Position numbers and translations under genes: made by a program. A stretch of DNA of 64,000 bases from an uncultured Chloroflexia bacterium (GTDB lineage: Bacteria; Chloroflexota; Anaerolineae; JAAYZQ01): contig CAVOXA010000010.1 in NCBI GenBank assembly GCA_963700285.1, forward strand, positions 384,001 through 448,000, read 5' to 3'. The notes beneath the pieces were generated by a model. That model was not told where the DNA came from. It saw only the letters and a program-made list of their open reading frames with translations, and made no database searches. Shown one piece after another: positions 20,263 through 29,230 of this stretch. The stretch's first letter is position 1. The number at the start of each line of letters is the position of its first letter.

Positions 20263-21411
20263 TCAGGCCGCTGCCAGCGCCTGAGCCAGGTCGGTGATGA
20301 GATCGTCGGGATGCTCCAGGCCGACGGAGAGGCGAATCATGGCCGGATCGATGGCCAGCGCCGTACCCTGCAGCACATCGTGGGTCATATCGCTTGGGAT
20401 CTCGACCAGGGATTCAACGCCGCCCAGACTGACCGCCGAGGTAAAGAGGTGTGAGGCTCGAATGAACCTCTTTGCCGCCTCATACCCTCCCTTGATCTCA
20501 AAGGTGACCATGCCGCTGTACCCCCGCATCTGCCGGGCCGCCAGGGAGTGCTGCGGATGGCTCTCCAGGCCCGGGTACAAGACCCGGGCCACTTGGGCAT
20601 GATCCTCGAGGAAGCGGGCCACGGCCAGGGCATGTCGCTGGTGGGCTTCCATACGAACCGCCAGCGTCTTGATACCGCGCTGCAGCAGCCAGGCATCAAA
20701 GGGCCCCAGTATGCCGCCGGTGGTGCGCCGCATCTCAAAAAGTGGTTCGTACAGCACATCGTTGACCACCAGTACCCCAGCCACCAGGTCGCTGTGGCCG
20801 CCCATGTATTTGGTGCAACTGTGCATCACGATATCCGCGCCCAAGGCCAGCGGGTTCTGAAAATAGGAGGAGGCAAAGGTATTGTCCACGCCCAGCCAGG
20901 CCGAATGCCGGTGGGCCATGTCAGCCATCTGGGCGATGTCGATCACCTTCAGCATGGGGTTGGTCGGCGTCTCGAGCCAAAACAGGCGTGTGTTGGGCCG
21001 GACCGCGGCCTCGACGGTCGCCAATTCGCTCATGTCCACAAAGTCATGGTCCACGCCGAAATGGCTCAGGTGTTCGCGCAGCAAGCGATAGTTGCCGCCA
21101 TAGACGTCGTCGGTGATGAGCACGTGCTCGCCGGCGCGGACCAGCGACATGGCCGCCGTTGTGGCCGCCATACCGGAAGCGAAGGCCAGGGCCTGCTGCC
21201 CTCCCTCCAGCGCGGCCACAACCCGCTCCAGGGCCACTGTCGTGGGATTGGCGACGCGGGCGTACACATACTCGCCGCTCTCGTCGGGGCTGGGCAACTC
21301 GAAGGTAGAAGCCTGGTAGATGGGCGTCACGACGGCGCCGGTGGTTGGGTCGGGCTCCTGTCCGACGTGGATCGCCTTCGTCTCAAAGTTCATCTGGGTG
21401 GGATCGTCCAT
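20263..21411 (-). CDS. Cystathionine gamma-synthase/lyase family PLP enzyme
   Basis: Motifs FETKAIHVGQ, YARVANPT, FASGMAA, ETPTNP, DNTF, HSCTKYMGGHSD. Confidence 0.92.
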   Translation of the reverse strand: MDDPTQMNFETKAIHVGQEPDPTTGAVVTPIYQASTFELPSPDESGEYVYARVANPTTVALERVVAALEGGQQALAFASGMAATTAAMSLVRAGEHVLITDDVYGGNYRLLREHLSHFGVDHDFVDMSELATVEAAVRPNTRLFWLETPTNPMLKVIDIAQMADMAHRHSAWLGVDNTFASSYFQNPLALGADIVMHSCTKYMGGHSDLVAGVLVVNDVLYEPLFEMRRTTGGILGPFDAWLLQRGIKTLAVRMEAHQRHALAVARFLEDHAQVARVLYPGLESHPQHSLAARQMRGYSGMVTFEIKGGYEAAKRFIRASHLFTSAVSLGGVESLVEIPSDMTHDVLQGTALAIDPAMIRLSVGLEHPDDLITDLAQALAAA

Positions 21412-21476
21412 GCCTGTGTCTCCGTCCGTGGCGCAGATCATCACTTGGTCATGCGTGAAGAATCTTTCCGCGAGTG

Positions 21477-21502
21477 GCGCCGGACTGTGGTCCGGCGCGA
21501 GC
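21477..21502 (-). repeat. Fifth copy of the GCTC-prefixed palindrome
   Basis: GCGCCGGAC-TGTG-GTCCGGCGC-GAGC. Confidence 0.7.
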
Positions 21503-21522
21503 AGGTATTAGGGCTGACAGAC

Positions 21523-21556
21523 AACAGGGCAGCCAGGCAGAGCTGGCTGCCCTGTT
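21523..21556. terminator. Strong hairpin downstream of the SBP gene (terminator or mRNA stabiliser)
   Basis: 14-bp stem AACAGGGCAGCCAG/CTGGCTGCCCTGTT. Confidence 0.6.
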
Positions 21557-21586
21557 TGCACTATTTGCTACCGGCCAGGGCGAGGT

Positions 21587-23466
21587 CTATTCTTTGGTGC
21601 GATAGACCGTGCTCTCGCTGGAGTTAAAGCGCTCGCCGCGGAAGGTCACGACGCCGGCCGCGTTCGGTTCTAGCGCCGGGCCCGCGAGGCGAGAATTGAC
21701 CAACACGTTGAAAACGGGATGGTAGATGGGTACCAGGGCCACATCCTCGATGAGGATCTTTTCTGCCTGCCTGGTAGAGTTCGTCGCGTTTGGCCTCGTC
21801 GCCGATGATGGCGTTGGCCTCACACACCAGGTTGTTGTACTCCTCGTTGTACCAGGTATGGCGGCCGGGCATTTCGGGCATGGCTGGCGCCCTCATCCTC
21901 ACAACCACCCCAGACACCCAGCAGGTTGCTGCCGTCCACAAAGTCATACTCGTAGGGCACCATGGCGAAGAGCATGTCGCCGCCCTCATTCTTCTTCTGG
22001 TCGCCGAGCCTCTCCATGTACATGCTATAGTCGAGGCTCTGGATCTCGACATCCACGCCGATGTTGTTCTTGAGCATGGCAGCGATGGCCTCGCCAGCGT
22101 TGGTTAGGGCCGGGTAGGGGTCACGCATGAACATGGTCAGTTTGGGGAAGCCCTCGCCACCGGGGATAGCCGGCCTCCTCCATGAGCTGGGCGGCCAGTT
22201 CCGGATCGTAGTTCTGTACTTCCTTGAGCGCATCCACGTTCTCGCCGGGGAAACCTGGCGGGTTCATGGTGTAGGCGGACGAGGCCTGGTACTGCAAGCG
22301 GGCCGTTGACGATGGCGTCGCGGTCGATGGCGTGGCTGAAGGCCTGGCGCACCTTGATGTCGTCAAAGGGTGGGTTCCAGGTGTCGAAGATAGAGATAGT
22401 TGGTCATAAAGTTGGGCCAGGTGAGGAGATCTTTTTGCATCTCGGGATTGGCCATGACCTCGGCCAGGGCCGCCGGTGGCACGTCCACCTCGTAGCCATA
22501 GCCGATGATGTCCACCTCGCCGTTCTTGTAGGCGTTGTAGCGCACCTCAGGCGTCATGAAAGAGATGACGATCTTGTCCATCATGGGCGGGTAGGGTCCG
22601 GTGTACTTGTCGTTGGCTACCCAGACGATCTCCTTGCCCTTGTCCCAGTGGTCCAGCTTGTAGGGACCGGCTGAGACAGCGGTAGCCGGATCGAGGGCCC
22701 ACGAGCCGTCGGCCAGGCGGTCCTTGACGATGTGCTTGGGCGCCAGCCACAGGTCGGCGAACTGTTTGACCAGGAAGGGCGTCGGCTGGTCGGTGGTCAC
22801 GGTCAAGGTATAGTCGTCCACGACCTTGGCGCCCAGCTCCTCGGGCGGCAGGTCGCCGTTCACGACGGCGCCCCAGTTCTGGATGCCGGCCATGGAGTAG
22901 AACCACTCAAAGTCATAGTCGGGGCGGGCGTAGCGCTGGAGGGTGAAGACCCAGTCCTCGGCGGTCACGGGCGTGCCATCGCTCCAGACCTTGTCCTCGG
23001 GCAGGTGGAAGGTCCAGGTCAGGCCATCGTCAGAGACTTCCCAGCTCTCGCAGCCAGAGGGTTGCGGCTGGAACTCCTTGTCGGGCCGCACGCAGGAGTC
23101 ATGGATGCCGTAGGTAGGACCGGCCGTAAAGTCGTAGGCGGTATAGTCCCAGCCCAGCCAACTGTACTCGGTGTTGGCCAGCCTCAGAACCTGCTCCTCG
23201 AGGGGAGCCGCGTCGGCGGGCAGCTCGACACCAGCCGAGTTGACGACAGCGCCCGCGGGCTCCGCGGCGGGGGCCTCGGTAGGCGCAGCCTCCGCAGCCG
23301 GGGCCTCCGTGGGCGCAGCCTCCGCAGCTGGAACCTCCGTAGGCGCGGCGGCTTCCTCCGCCGGTTTCTCGGGTTCGGGCGTACCACCGCAGCCCACCAA
23401 AGCCACACTAACGACCAAGGACAGGATCACAAGCCACATCAACAGCGAAGTAACTTTACCTTTCAC
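21587..23466 (-). CDS. oppA: Peptide ABC transporter substrate-binding lipoprotein (OppA family), multiply frameshifted
   Basis: GTG at 23466 after GGAGG. Lipobox LVGC. Motifs WEVSDDGLTWTFHL...WSDGTPVTAED, GPYKL, VRQAFSHAIDR, YDPELA. C-terminal half split over several frames. Confidence 0.85.
23255..23362 (-). repeat. Coding tandem repeat, 30-nt unit (AAPTE[AV]PAAE), flexible lipoprotein linker
   Basis: EEAAAPTEVPAAEAAPTEAPAAEAAPTEAPAAEPA follows the lipid-anchor Cys. Confidence 0.8.
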
Positions 23467-23650
23467 GTTCTTTCCTCCTTCTTTTGCGTAGGCGGGTGAC
23501 ACACTTGTTCGAAAGCCACCCTTCTCACCAAACACTCAGATCCATCATCAGGGGTCTCCAGCCCTCTGGCAGAACCTGCCACAACCGGATGATAGTAGGG
23601 AGTACGTTCACCTCCTCTCTGCATTCTTGCCCGCGAGTCACCTCTGGCGA

Positions 23651-24673
23651 TTACCCCTTCAGCATATAGGGATCCAGAGCATCTCGCAGACCATCCCCCA
23701 TCAACGTAAAACCCAACATCGTGATGGCGATCATCAGCGCCGGAAACAGAGCCAGGTGCCAGAAAAAGTTGATATTGGCCAGGCCGTCACGGCTCAGCAT
23801 CTGGCCCCAACTGGGCGTGGGCGGGTTGATGCCCACACCCAGGAAACTCAACGCCGCCTCGGCAAAGATGGCGAGGGGGATGCCCAGGGTGAGGGCGACG
23901 ATGATCGGCGCCAGCGAGTTGGGCAGCAGGTGGTAGCGGACGATGCGCCAGCCCCCGGCCCCGATCGACTGGGAGGCCAGTACGAATTCTTTTTCGCGCA
24001 GGGACAGGAATTGGGCCCGCGTCAGACGGCTGACGGCGATCCAACTGGTGAGGCCGATGGCCAGCATCACGTTCCAATAACCCGGGCCCAGACGGGCCAT
24101 GATCAGAAATGCGAAGAGCAGCACAGGGATGGCCGACATGACGTCCACCAGGCGCATGACGCCAAAGTCGATGCGCCCCCCTCGCCAGCCGGCCAGGGCC
24201 CCCAGCGGAACGCCTATGGAAAAGGCGATGAGCGTGGCCAGCAGGCCGATGCTCAGCGAGACCCGTGCGCCATAGACGATGCGGCTGTAGAAATCCCGCC
24301 CGGCGAGGTCGGTACCCATCCACCATTCCCTGCTGGGAAAGGCCCCCGTCGGCCCGACAAAGACGTCGTTGTAGTGGTACTTGGCCAGGAGCGGCTCGGG
24401 TTCGCGCCCCTGTGGGATGGCGAGGAACCAGTCATCGGCGAAAATGGACAGCATGGCCAAGATCATAACCAGAATGAGACCGGCGATGGCGAGCCTATTC
24501 CTAAAGAAGCGGCGCACCGCGTCGCGATAGAGCCCCCGCTCCCGCTTGATGAAGGTGACCTCCGCATGGTCTATCTCGCGCAGGGCACCGGGCTCAGCCC
24601 GGGACAACTCCGCCACCTCGTCTCTGGCAGCCCCCGCGTCTTGGTCTGGTTGTGCCTCAAGCGCCGTGGTCAT
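23651..24673 (-). CDS. oppC: Peptide ABC transporter permease (OppC family)
   Basis: Motifs RFFRNRLA, GTDLAGRD...GARVSL, EFVLASQSIGA, HLLPN. Confidence 0.92.
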   Translation of the reverse strand: MTTALEAQPDQDAGAARDEVAELSRAEPGALREIDHAEVTFIKRERGLYRDAVRRFFRNRLAIAGLILVMILAMLSIFADDWFLAIPQGREPEPLLAKYHYNDVFVGPTGAFPSREWWMGTDLAGRDFYSRIVYGARVSLSIGLLATLIAFSIGVPLGALAGWRGGRIDFGVMRLVDVMSAIPVLLFAFLIMARLGPGYWNVMLAIGLTSWIAVSRLTRAQFLSLREKEFVLASQSIGAGGWRIVRYHLLPNSLAPIIVALTLGIPLAIFAEAALSFLGVGINPPTPSWGQMLSRDGLANINFFWHLALFPALMIAITMLGFTLMGDGLRDALDPYMLKG

Positions 24674-24691
24674 AAGCTCACTCCCCTCGCA

Positions 24692-25612
24692 CTAGTTATA
24701 CTTGACCCGCGGATCGACGGCAACGTAAAGGATATCAGTGATCAAATAGGTGATGGCGATCAAGACCGCCCACAGAACTGTGAGGGCAATGATCATGGGA
24801 TAGTCGCGCTCGAAGGTACTGGTGACCCAGAATTTGCCCAGCCCGGGAATGCGAAAGATGGCCTCGATAAAGATCGAACCGGTGATCAGATCCGGAATCA
24901 GGGGTCCCATGACGGTTATCATTGGGATCAGGGCCAGTTTCATGACGTGGCGCCAGATGACCACCCGCTCACTCAACCCCTTGGCCCGGGCAGTTCGGAC
25001 GTGGTCGCCGCGCACGGCCTCAATGACGCTGGAACGCGTGTAGCGAGCGATGACGGCGATGGGCGCCAGCGCGTAGGCAATGACGGGCAAGATCCACTGT
25101 TTGGGCTCGTCCCAGCCGCCGGTGGGCACCCATTTGAGGGTCAGGGCAAAGATGAGGATGAAAAAGATACCCCACACAAAGTGTGGCGTGACGAAACCGA
25201 CGATAGAGAACAGGGTGGCTAGATAGTCGACGAAGGTATTCTGTTTCAGGGCAGCGACAATGCCCAAAGGTACGCCAACAGTAAAGGCCAGAGTCAGGGC
25301 CATGAGTCCCAGGTGGATGGTGACCGGCCAGGTACGGGCGATGAGGGCGAACACCGATTCATCGGGGTGCTGGAACGACATGCCAAAGTCAAGCCGGAGC
25401 ACGCCGGCGAGCCAGGTCAGGTACTGCTCATGCAGTGGTTTGTCCAGGCCATAGCGCGCCTCGAGGGCGGCGATCTGCTGATCGGTAAAGGGTCGCTGGC
25501 CAACCTTCCATGGCCCGCCAGGCACCTCGTGCATCAATATAAAGGTGATGATTGAGATGATCAACAGAACGACGACCAGCCCAGCCAGTCTCATTAGGAT
25601 AAAACGGCCCAT
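24692..25612 (-). CDS. oppB: Peptide ABC transporter permease (OppB family)
   Basis: Motifs YGLDKPL, DFGMS, RTARAKGL, IEAIFRIPGLG, RDYPMI. Confidence 0.92.
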   Translation of the reverse strand: MGRFILMRLAGLVVVLLIISIITFILMHEVPGGPWKVGQRPFTDQQIAALEARYGLDKPLHEQYLTWLAGVLRLDFGMSFQHPDESVFALIARTWPVTIHLGLMALTLAFTVGVPLGIVAALKQNTFVDYLATLFSIVGFVTPHFVWGIFFILIFALTLKWVPTGGWDEPKQWILPVIAYALAPIAVIARYTRSSVIEAVRGDHVRTARAKGLSERVVIWRHVMKLALIPMITVMGPLIPDLITGSIFIEAIFRIPGLGKFWVTSTFERDYPMIIALTVLWAVLIAITYLITDILYVAVDPRVKYN

Positions 25613-25736
25613 GGTTCCTCCCTGTTCATGTCAGCTCAACCTTGGTACAGCACGCTGGATTCCTGACCAATCATGCGTTGCAGGTCCATCCATGGGGCCG
25701 CCCACCCCCACTCAGCATGGAATGGTCCCCACACCC

Positions 25737-25845
25737 GTCATAGCAAGGAGGCCGCAGGCCGACGAAGCAATCTCCATGTAATCACAAGAAAACACCTACT
25801 TTGTGCAAAAGGGGATTGCTTCGTCGCTGCGCTCCTCGCAATGAC
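25737..25845. repeat. Inverted pair of GTCATTGCGAGG...CGACGAAGCAATC-type palindromic repeats
   Basis: Left arm GTCATAGCAAGGAGGCCGCAGGCCGACGAAGCAATCTCC (25737-25775). Right arm GGGGATTGCTTCGTCGCTGCGCTCCTCGCAATGAC (25811-25845). Confidence 0.75.
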
Positions 25846-25860
25846 AGATCCTCGGGATCA

Positions 25861-27039
25861 TTATGAAGATACTTGGCCACGCACACCCAAAAGATCGATC
25901 GCCGTCTGAACATAGATCCTGGCCACGGCGGGCATCGACCCCACTTCGACATATTCGTTGGCCTGGCAGGTGTTGCCACCCTGAGGACCCAGTACCAGGG
26001 TGGGAACGCCGCCATGGACGGCAAAATGATTGGTATCGGCCACGCTGCGCTGCAGCCACATACTGGCCGGCTGGGCCAGTTCACGCTCCATGTTGCCTAC
26101 GACCGTCCGAACCAGGTGGGAATCGGAGGGCACCAAATAGGGCAGAGGCGCGGGCGTCGGCCGCTCATCCCAGGTTAGCTCGTAGATTGATTCGATGCCT
26201 GCCCCCTGAATTACGGCTTCGATCTGCGCCGCCGCCTCCTCGACCGTCTGCCCCGGCAGGATGTGGCGGTCGACGTAAACGTGAGCCTCCTCTGGCACCA
26301 GGATCAAGGTCCCACCACCGTGGAAGCCAATGACACACTGGCTGCCGCGGACGTCAAACTCTGGATAGTACCCCATATCGACGCTATCCAGGACAGCAAC
26401 AACCTTGGCGGCATCTGCGACGGCATTGATGCCCTCATCGTAGGCAGCATGCGCCGTTCTGCCATGAAAGGTCAGGTGGAATACGTGACGCCCCCGAGCG
26501 CCGACGGTCAAGTTGGCTCGGGCCGAGGGCTCGGGAATCAAGCAGCCCTGGCAGCCCTCCAGCAGCCCGGTTCCGATGATTGCATGGGCGCCCCGGGACC
26601 AGTTCTCTTCGTCGGTCGTCCCCGAGACGTACAGCCGGCCGCCCAGCTCGACACCCGAGGCGATGAGGGCCTCGACCGCGGCCAGAACACAGGCACCGCC
26701 CCCTTTCATGTCGTGAGACCCCAAGGCGTAGAGGCGATCGTTCTCAAGGTGAGGCGCGAGCGGATCGGTGTCCCAGCCCTCGCAGATGGGAAAGGTATCC
26801 ATGTGAAAATTGTACATCAGGGTTGGGCCGTCAGCAGGGCCGTCGATCCAGCCAATGACCGAGTCGCCCGAGTCTTCGACGGGGAGCCGCCGCACGCCGC
26901 TCAAACCCATGGCTCTGAACCGCTCGTAGGCCCAATCAGCAATCTCCTCCTCCTGATTGGTGACGGAGGGGATGGACACCAGGGTCGAGACCAATTCGAC
27001 CAATCGTTCTTCGGTAACGCTATTCAGTGGATTCTCCAT
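25861..27039 (-). CDS. M20 family (ArgE/DapE-like) deacylase/peptidase
   Basis: Motifs NFHMDT, GSHDMKGG, TTDEE, IPEP, GRTAHAA, GINA. Confidence 0.9.
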   Translation of the reverse strand: MENPLNSVTEERLVELVSTLVSIPSVTNQEEEIADWAYERFRAMGLSGVRRLPVEDSGDSVIGWIDGPADGPTLMYNFHMDTFPICEGWDTDPLAPHLENDRLYALGSHDMKGGGACVLAAVEALIASGVELGGRLYVSGTTDEENWSRGAHAIIGTGLLEGCQGCLIPEPSARANLTVGARGRHVFHLTFHGRTAHAAYDEGINAVADAAKVVAVLDSVDMGYYPEFDVRGSQCVIGFHGGGTLILVPEEAHVYVDRHILPGQTVEEAAAQIEAVIQGAGIESIYELTWDERPTPAPLPYLVPSDSHLVRTVVGNMERELAQPASMWLQRSVADTNHFAVHGGVPTLVLGPQGGNTCQANEYVEVGSMPAVARIYVQTAIDLLGVRGQVSS

Positions 27040-27106
27040 CTAGTTCCCTCTGCCCTGCCCTCAGTCTCTGAGATCGGCGGCTTTGGAAAGCCGTCCTGCT
27101 AATATC

Positions 27107-28579
27107 TTATCCCACCCAGCCGCCCATGACATCGGGCAATCGCTCAACCCCCTTGGACCTGGCGTAGGAGGCCATGATGGCCTTGATCTCTTTTACCTTG
27201 TCCTCTGGCAAGCGGGCGGGTTCATATTCGGCCAGCCGTGCGTCCACCTCGAGTTTGGCCCGGTCCCAGGCGGTACTTGATCTCGTTCCGGCACGCATGG
27301 CGCGCCTGTGGATGACGTCCGTGGGGAAAAAAAGTTCCTTCTTGAACCATTTCCTCGTATGGTCCGAGGAAAGGTGGCCCTTTGCCCCACGGCCCGCGGC
27401 CTTGATCGCATCCAGACCGATGGTTTCCTGGTCACAGACGATCCCATTGACGAGGCGTAAGGCCATTCCGCAGATGTTGTTGTCGATGACCATCTTCTCA
27501 TAGCTTTGACAGTTGGCAAAAGCCATCATTCCCGGACCACGGCTCAGGTTGACGCCGGACAGGGCGGCCAGCATGATACCCATCCCCGACTCCAGGCCTG
27601 ATTGGGAATCGACGATCTTGGAGTCGCTCTGGCCGATATTGGAGGCGGTGGGCAGACCCAGGGCTTTGCCTATCTGATTGTAGCCCGAGCCCAGCATATG
27701 GGATTCGACAGCGCCAATGCACGACGTCCCGTGACGCATGTCGAGAACAATGGCCCCCCCACCGTAGAGCACCGGCGTGCCGGGATTCACCAATTGTGCC
27801 ACGACGATGCCACTCAGGCTCTCGGCCGTATGTTCAGTCAGGGTTCCGGCCAATGTGACTGGGGCGTTTCCTCCCGGCAGGGGCATGGGGATCAGCATCA
27901 CAGGGATGCCTGCCCGGGCAGAGTCTAAAAGATTCTGAGCGACGATCCCGCCCCACATCAAGGGCGCGGTGGGGTTGGCTGCAAAGACAGCCCGCGGCAT
28001 TGATCGCAACTCAGCCTCACCGCCTCGCAAGACGGTCAGAATCTCTATCTGGACGCGAAGCCCGTCGACGGTGAAGGCACCGGCAAAGAGGGGCTTTGAT
28101 GTATTCAGCATGAGCAGATAGTAGCGGTAGGCGTCCTGGAGCGGTGCGGGGATATCTCGGGGCAGTACCGTGCCGGTGACAAATTGGACGTGCTCCAGCG
28201 TCTCAAGAAGACTGGTGATTCGAATCAGGTCGGAAAGCTCTGGCTTGCGGATCTTTTGCGTATCCGAGTCCAGAATGTTCAGGGCGACGGAGCCACCGCA
28301 AAAGTGCACGTTGTCGCCGGCCAACACCGCCGGCTCTTGGCAGTCCTGATCATAGATGTTGAAAGAGGAGGGCACCGACTCAAGGGCCTGATCGACCATG
28401 ACCGGGGGAAGATAGACCACCCGCTCCGAAAGATCGACGCGGGCGCCCGCATCGGCAAGGAGGCGCAACGCCTCCTCGTTGTCGATCTTGACGCCAAAGG
28501 TCTTAAGGAGGTCATAGGCGGCCTCAATGATCTGTTGGACGTCATCCGTGGTCAGGAACTCGAGCTTGGGTCGGCGCAC
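27107..28579 (-). CDS. Trimethylamine methyltransferase (MttB/MtgB) family protein, non-pyrrolysine
   Basis: Motifs APVTLAGTL, NPGTPVLYG, DMRHG, GQSDSKIVDSQSGLE, EKMVIDN. No in-frame TAG. Confidence 0.9.
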   Translation of the reverse strand: MRRPKLEFLTTDDVQQIIEAAYDLLKTFGVKIDNEEALRLLADAGARVDLSERVVYLPPVMVDQALESVPSSFNIYDQDCQEPAVLAGDNVHFCGGSVALNILDSDTQKIRKPELSDLIRITSLLETLEHVQFVTGTVLPRDIPAPLQDAYRYYLLMLNTSKPLFAGAFTVDGLRVQIEILTVLRGGEAELRSMPRAVFAANPTAPLMWGGIVAQNLLDSARAGIPVMLIPMPLPGGNAPVTLAGTLTEHTAESLSGIVVAQLVNPGTPVLYGGGAIVLDMRHGTSCIGAVESHMLGSGYNQIGKALGLPTASNIGQSDSKIVDSQSGLESGMGIMLAALSGVNLSRGPGMMAFANCQSYEKMVIDNNICGMALRLVNGIVCDQETIGLDAIKAAGRGAKGHLSSDHTRKWFKKELFFPTDVIHRRAMRAGTRSSTAWDRAKLEVDARLAEYEPARLPEDKVKEIKAIMASYARSKGVERLPDVMGGWVG

Positions 28580-28981
28580 AGTCTTCTCCCTATGGTGCAG
28601 AGCTCAGCTACGTAGCGCTCGAAATCTCACCTCAGATCTTCATAGATGGCACTGTAGAAGCAAAAGTCTCAAAATCGCGGCAGTGAATGACAAGCTTGAG
28701 CCCGAGCTATGCTAGTGCTCTCGCCACTGCCTATCTTCCTATGCCCAATGTACATCCCCGATTCTTCATAGCGGTTAGTTCCCTATGGCACCTCTTCGCA
28801 ATGCCTATTATTATGTTAAATCAGACAACTAAGGGGGACAGAGATATTACGTGCGTTAGGTAGCGATACAGAGCCAAACAGGTGGTGGATCGAGTTTGTC
28901 GGAAAAAGTCAAATGGCAATCTGCCAGCCCAGGAGCCTGTCCGGCCTCAGATCCAAGAATTCGCGACACCCGACAGCGAAT

Positions 28982-29010
28982 ATTTTACCCCATATCGGCT
29001 GGATTGTCAA
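28982..29010 (-). promoter_or_regulatory. sigma70-type promoter facing the MttB-family gene
   Basis: TTGACA-N17-TAAAAT on the minus strand. Confidence 0.7.
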
Positions 29011-29144
29011 GCGGGCTGCAAGCCCCCTGATACCCAATATCGCGAATGTGACGAGCGAGGGGCGGTTCCTGCAGTAAGCTCAGGACGCATCCGCTCGCCC
29101 TCCCCGGATAGCAACCGTTGCCCCAGCACCGACCAAGGTCTGTG

Positions 29145-29173
29145 TTGTCAGGTTGGCCAAATGGTAGTATAAT
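29145..29173 (+). promoter_or_regulatory. sigma70-type promoter for the DDAH-dehydrogenase operon
   Basis: TTGTCA-N17-TATAAT. RBS AGGAGG before the ATG at 29231. Confidence 0.75.
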
Positions 29174-29230
29174 CGGGCGCAAAGTGACCGGATCCCAAAA
29201 CACCCAACAGATCTCTAGGAGGAGTGCCAT

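Noticed and set aside
21587-23466. Programmed frameshifting or phase variation in oppA
   Set aside because: Several scattered shifts with no long homopolymer tract or slippery-site/hairpin pattern. Sequencing error is simpler.
23627-25222. 531-aa plus-strand ORF
   Set aside because: Antisense to oppB/oppC, with no independent coding evidence.
27107-28579. Pyrrolysine recoding in the MttB-family gene
   Set aside because: The ORF is uninterrupted and the equivalent position encodes Gln.
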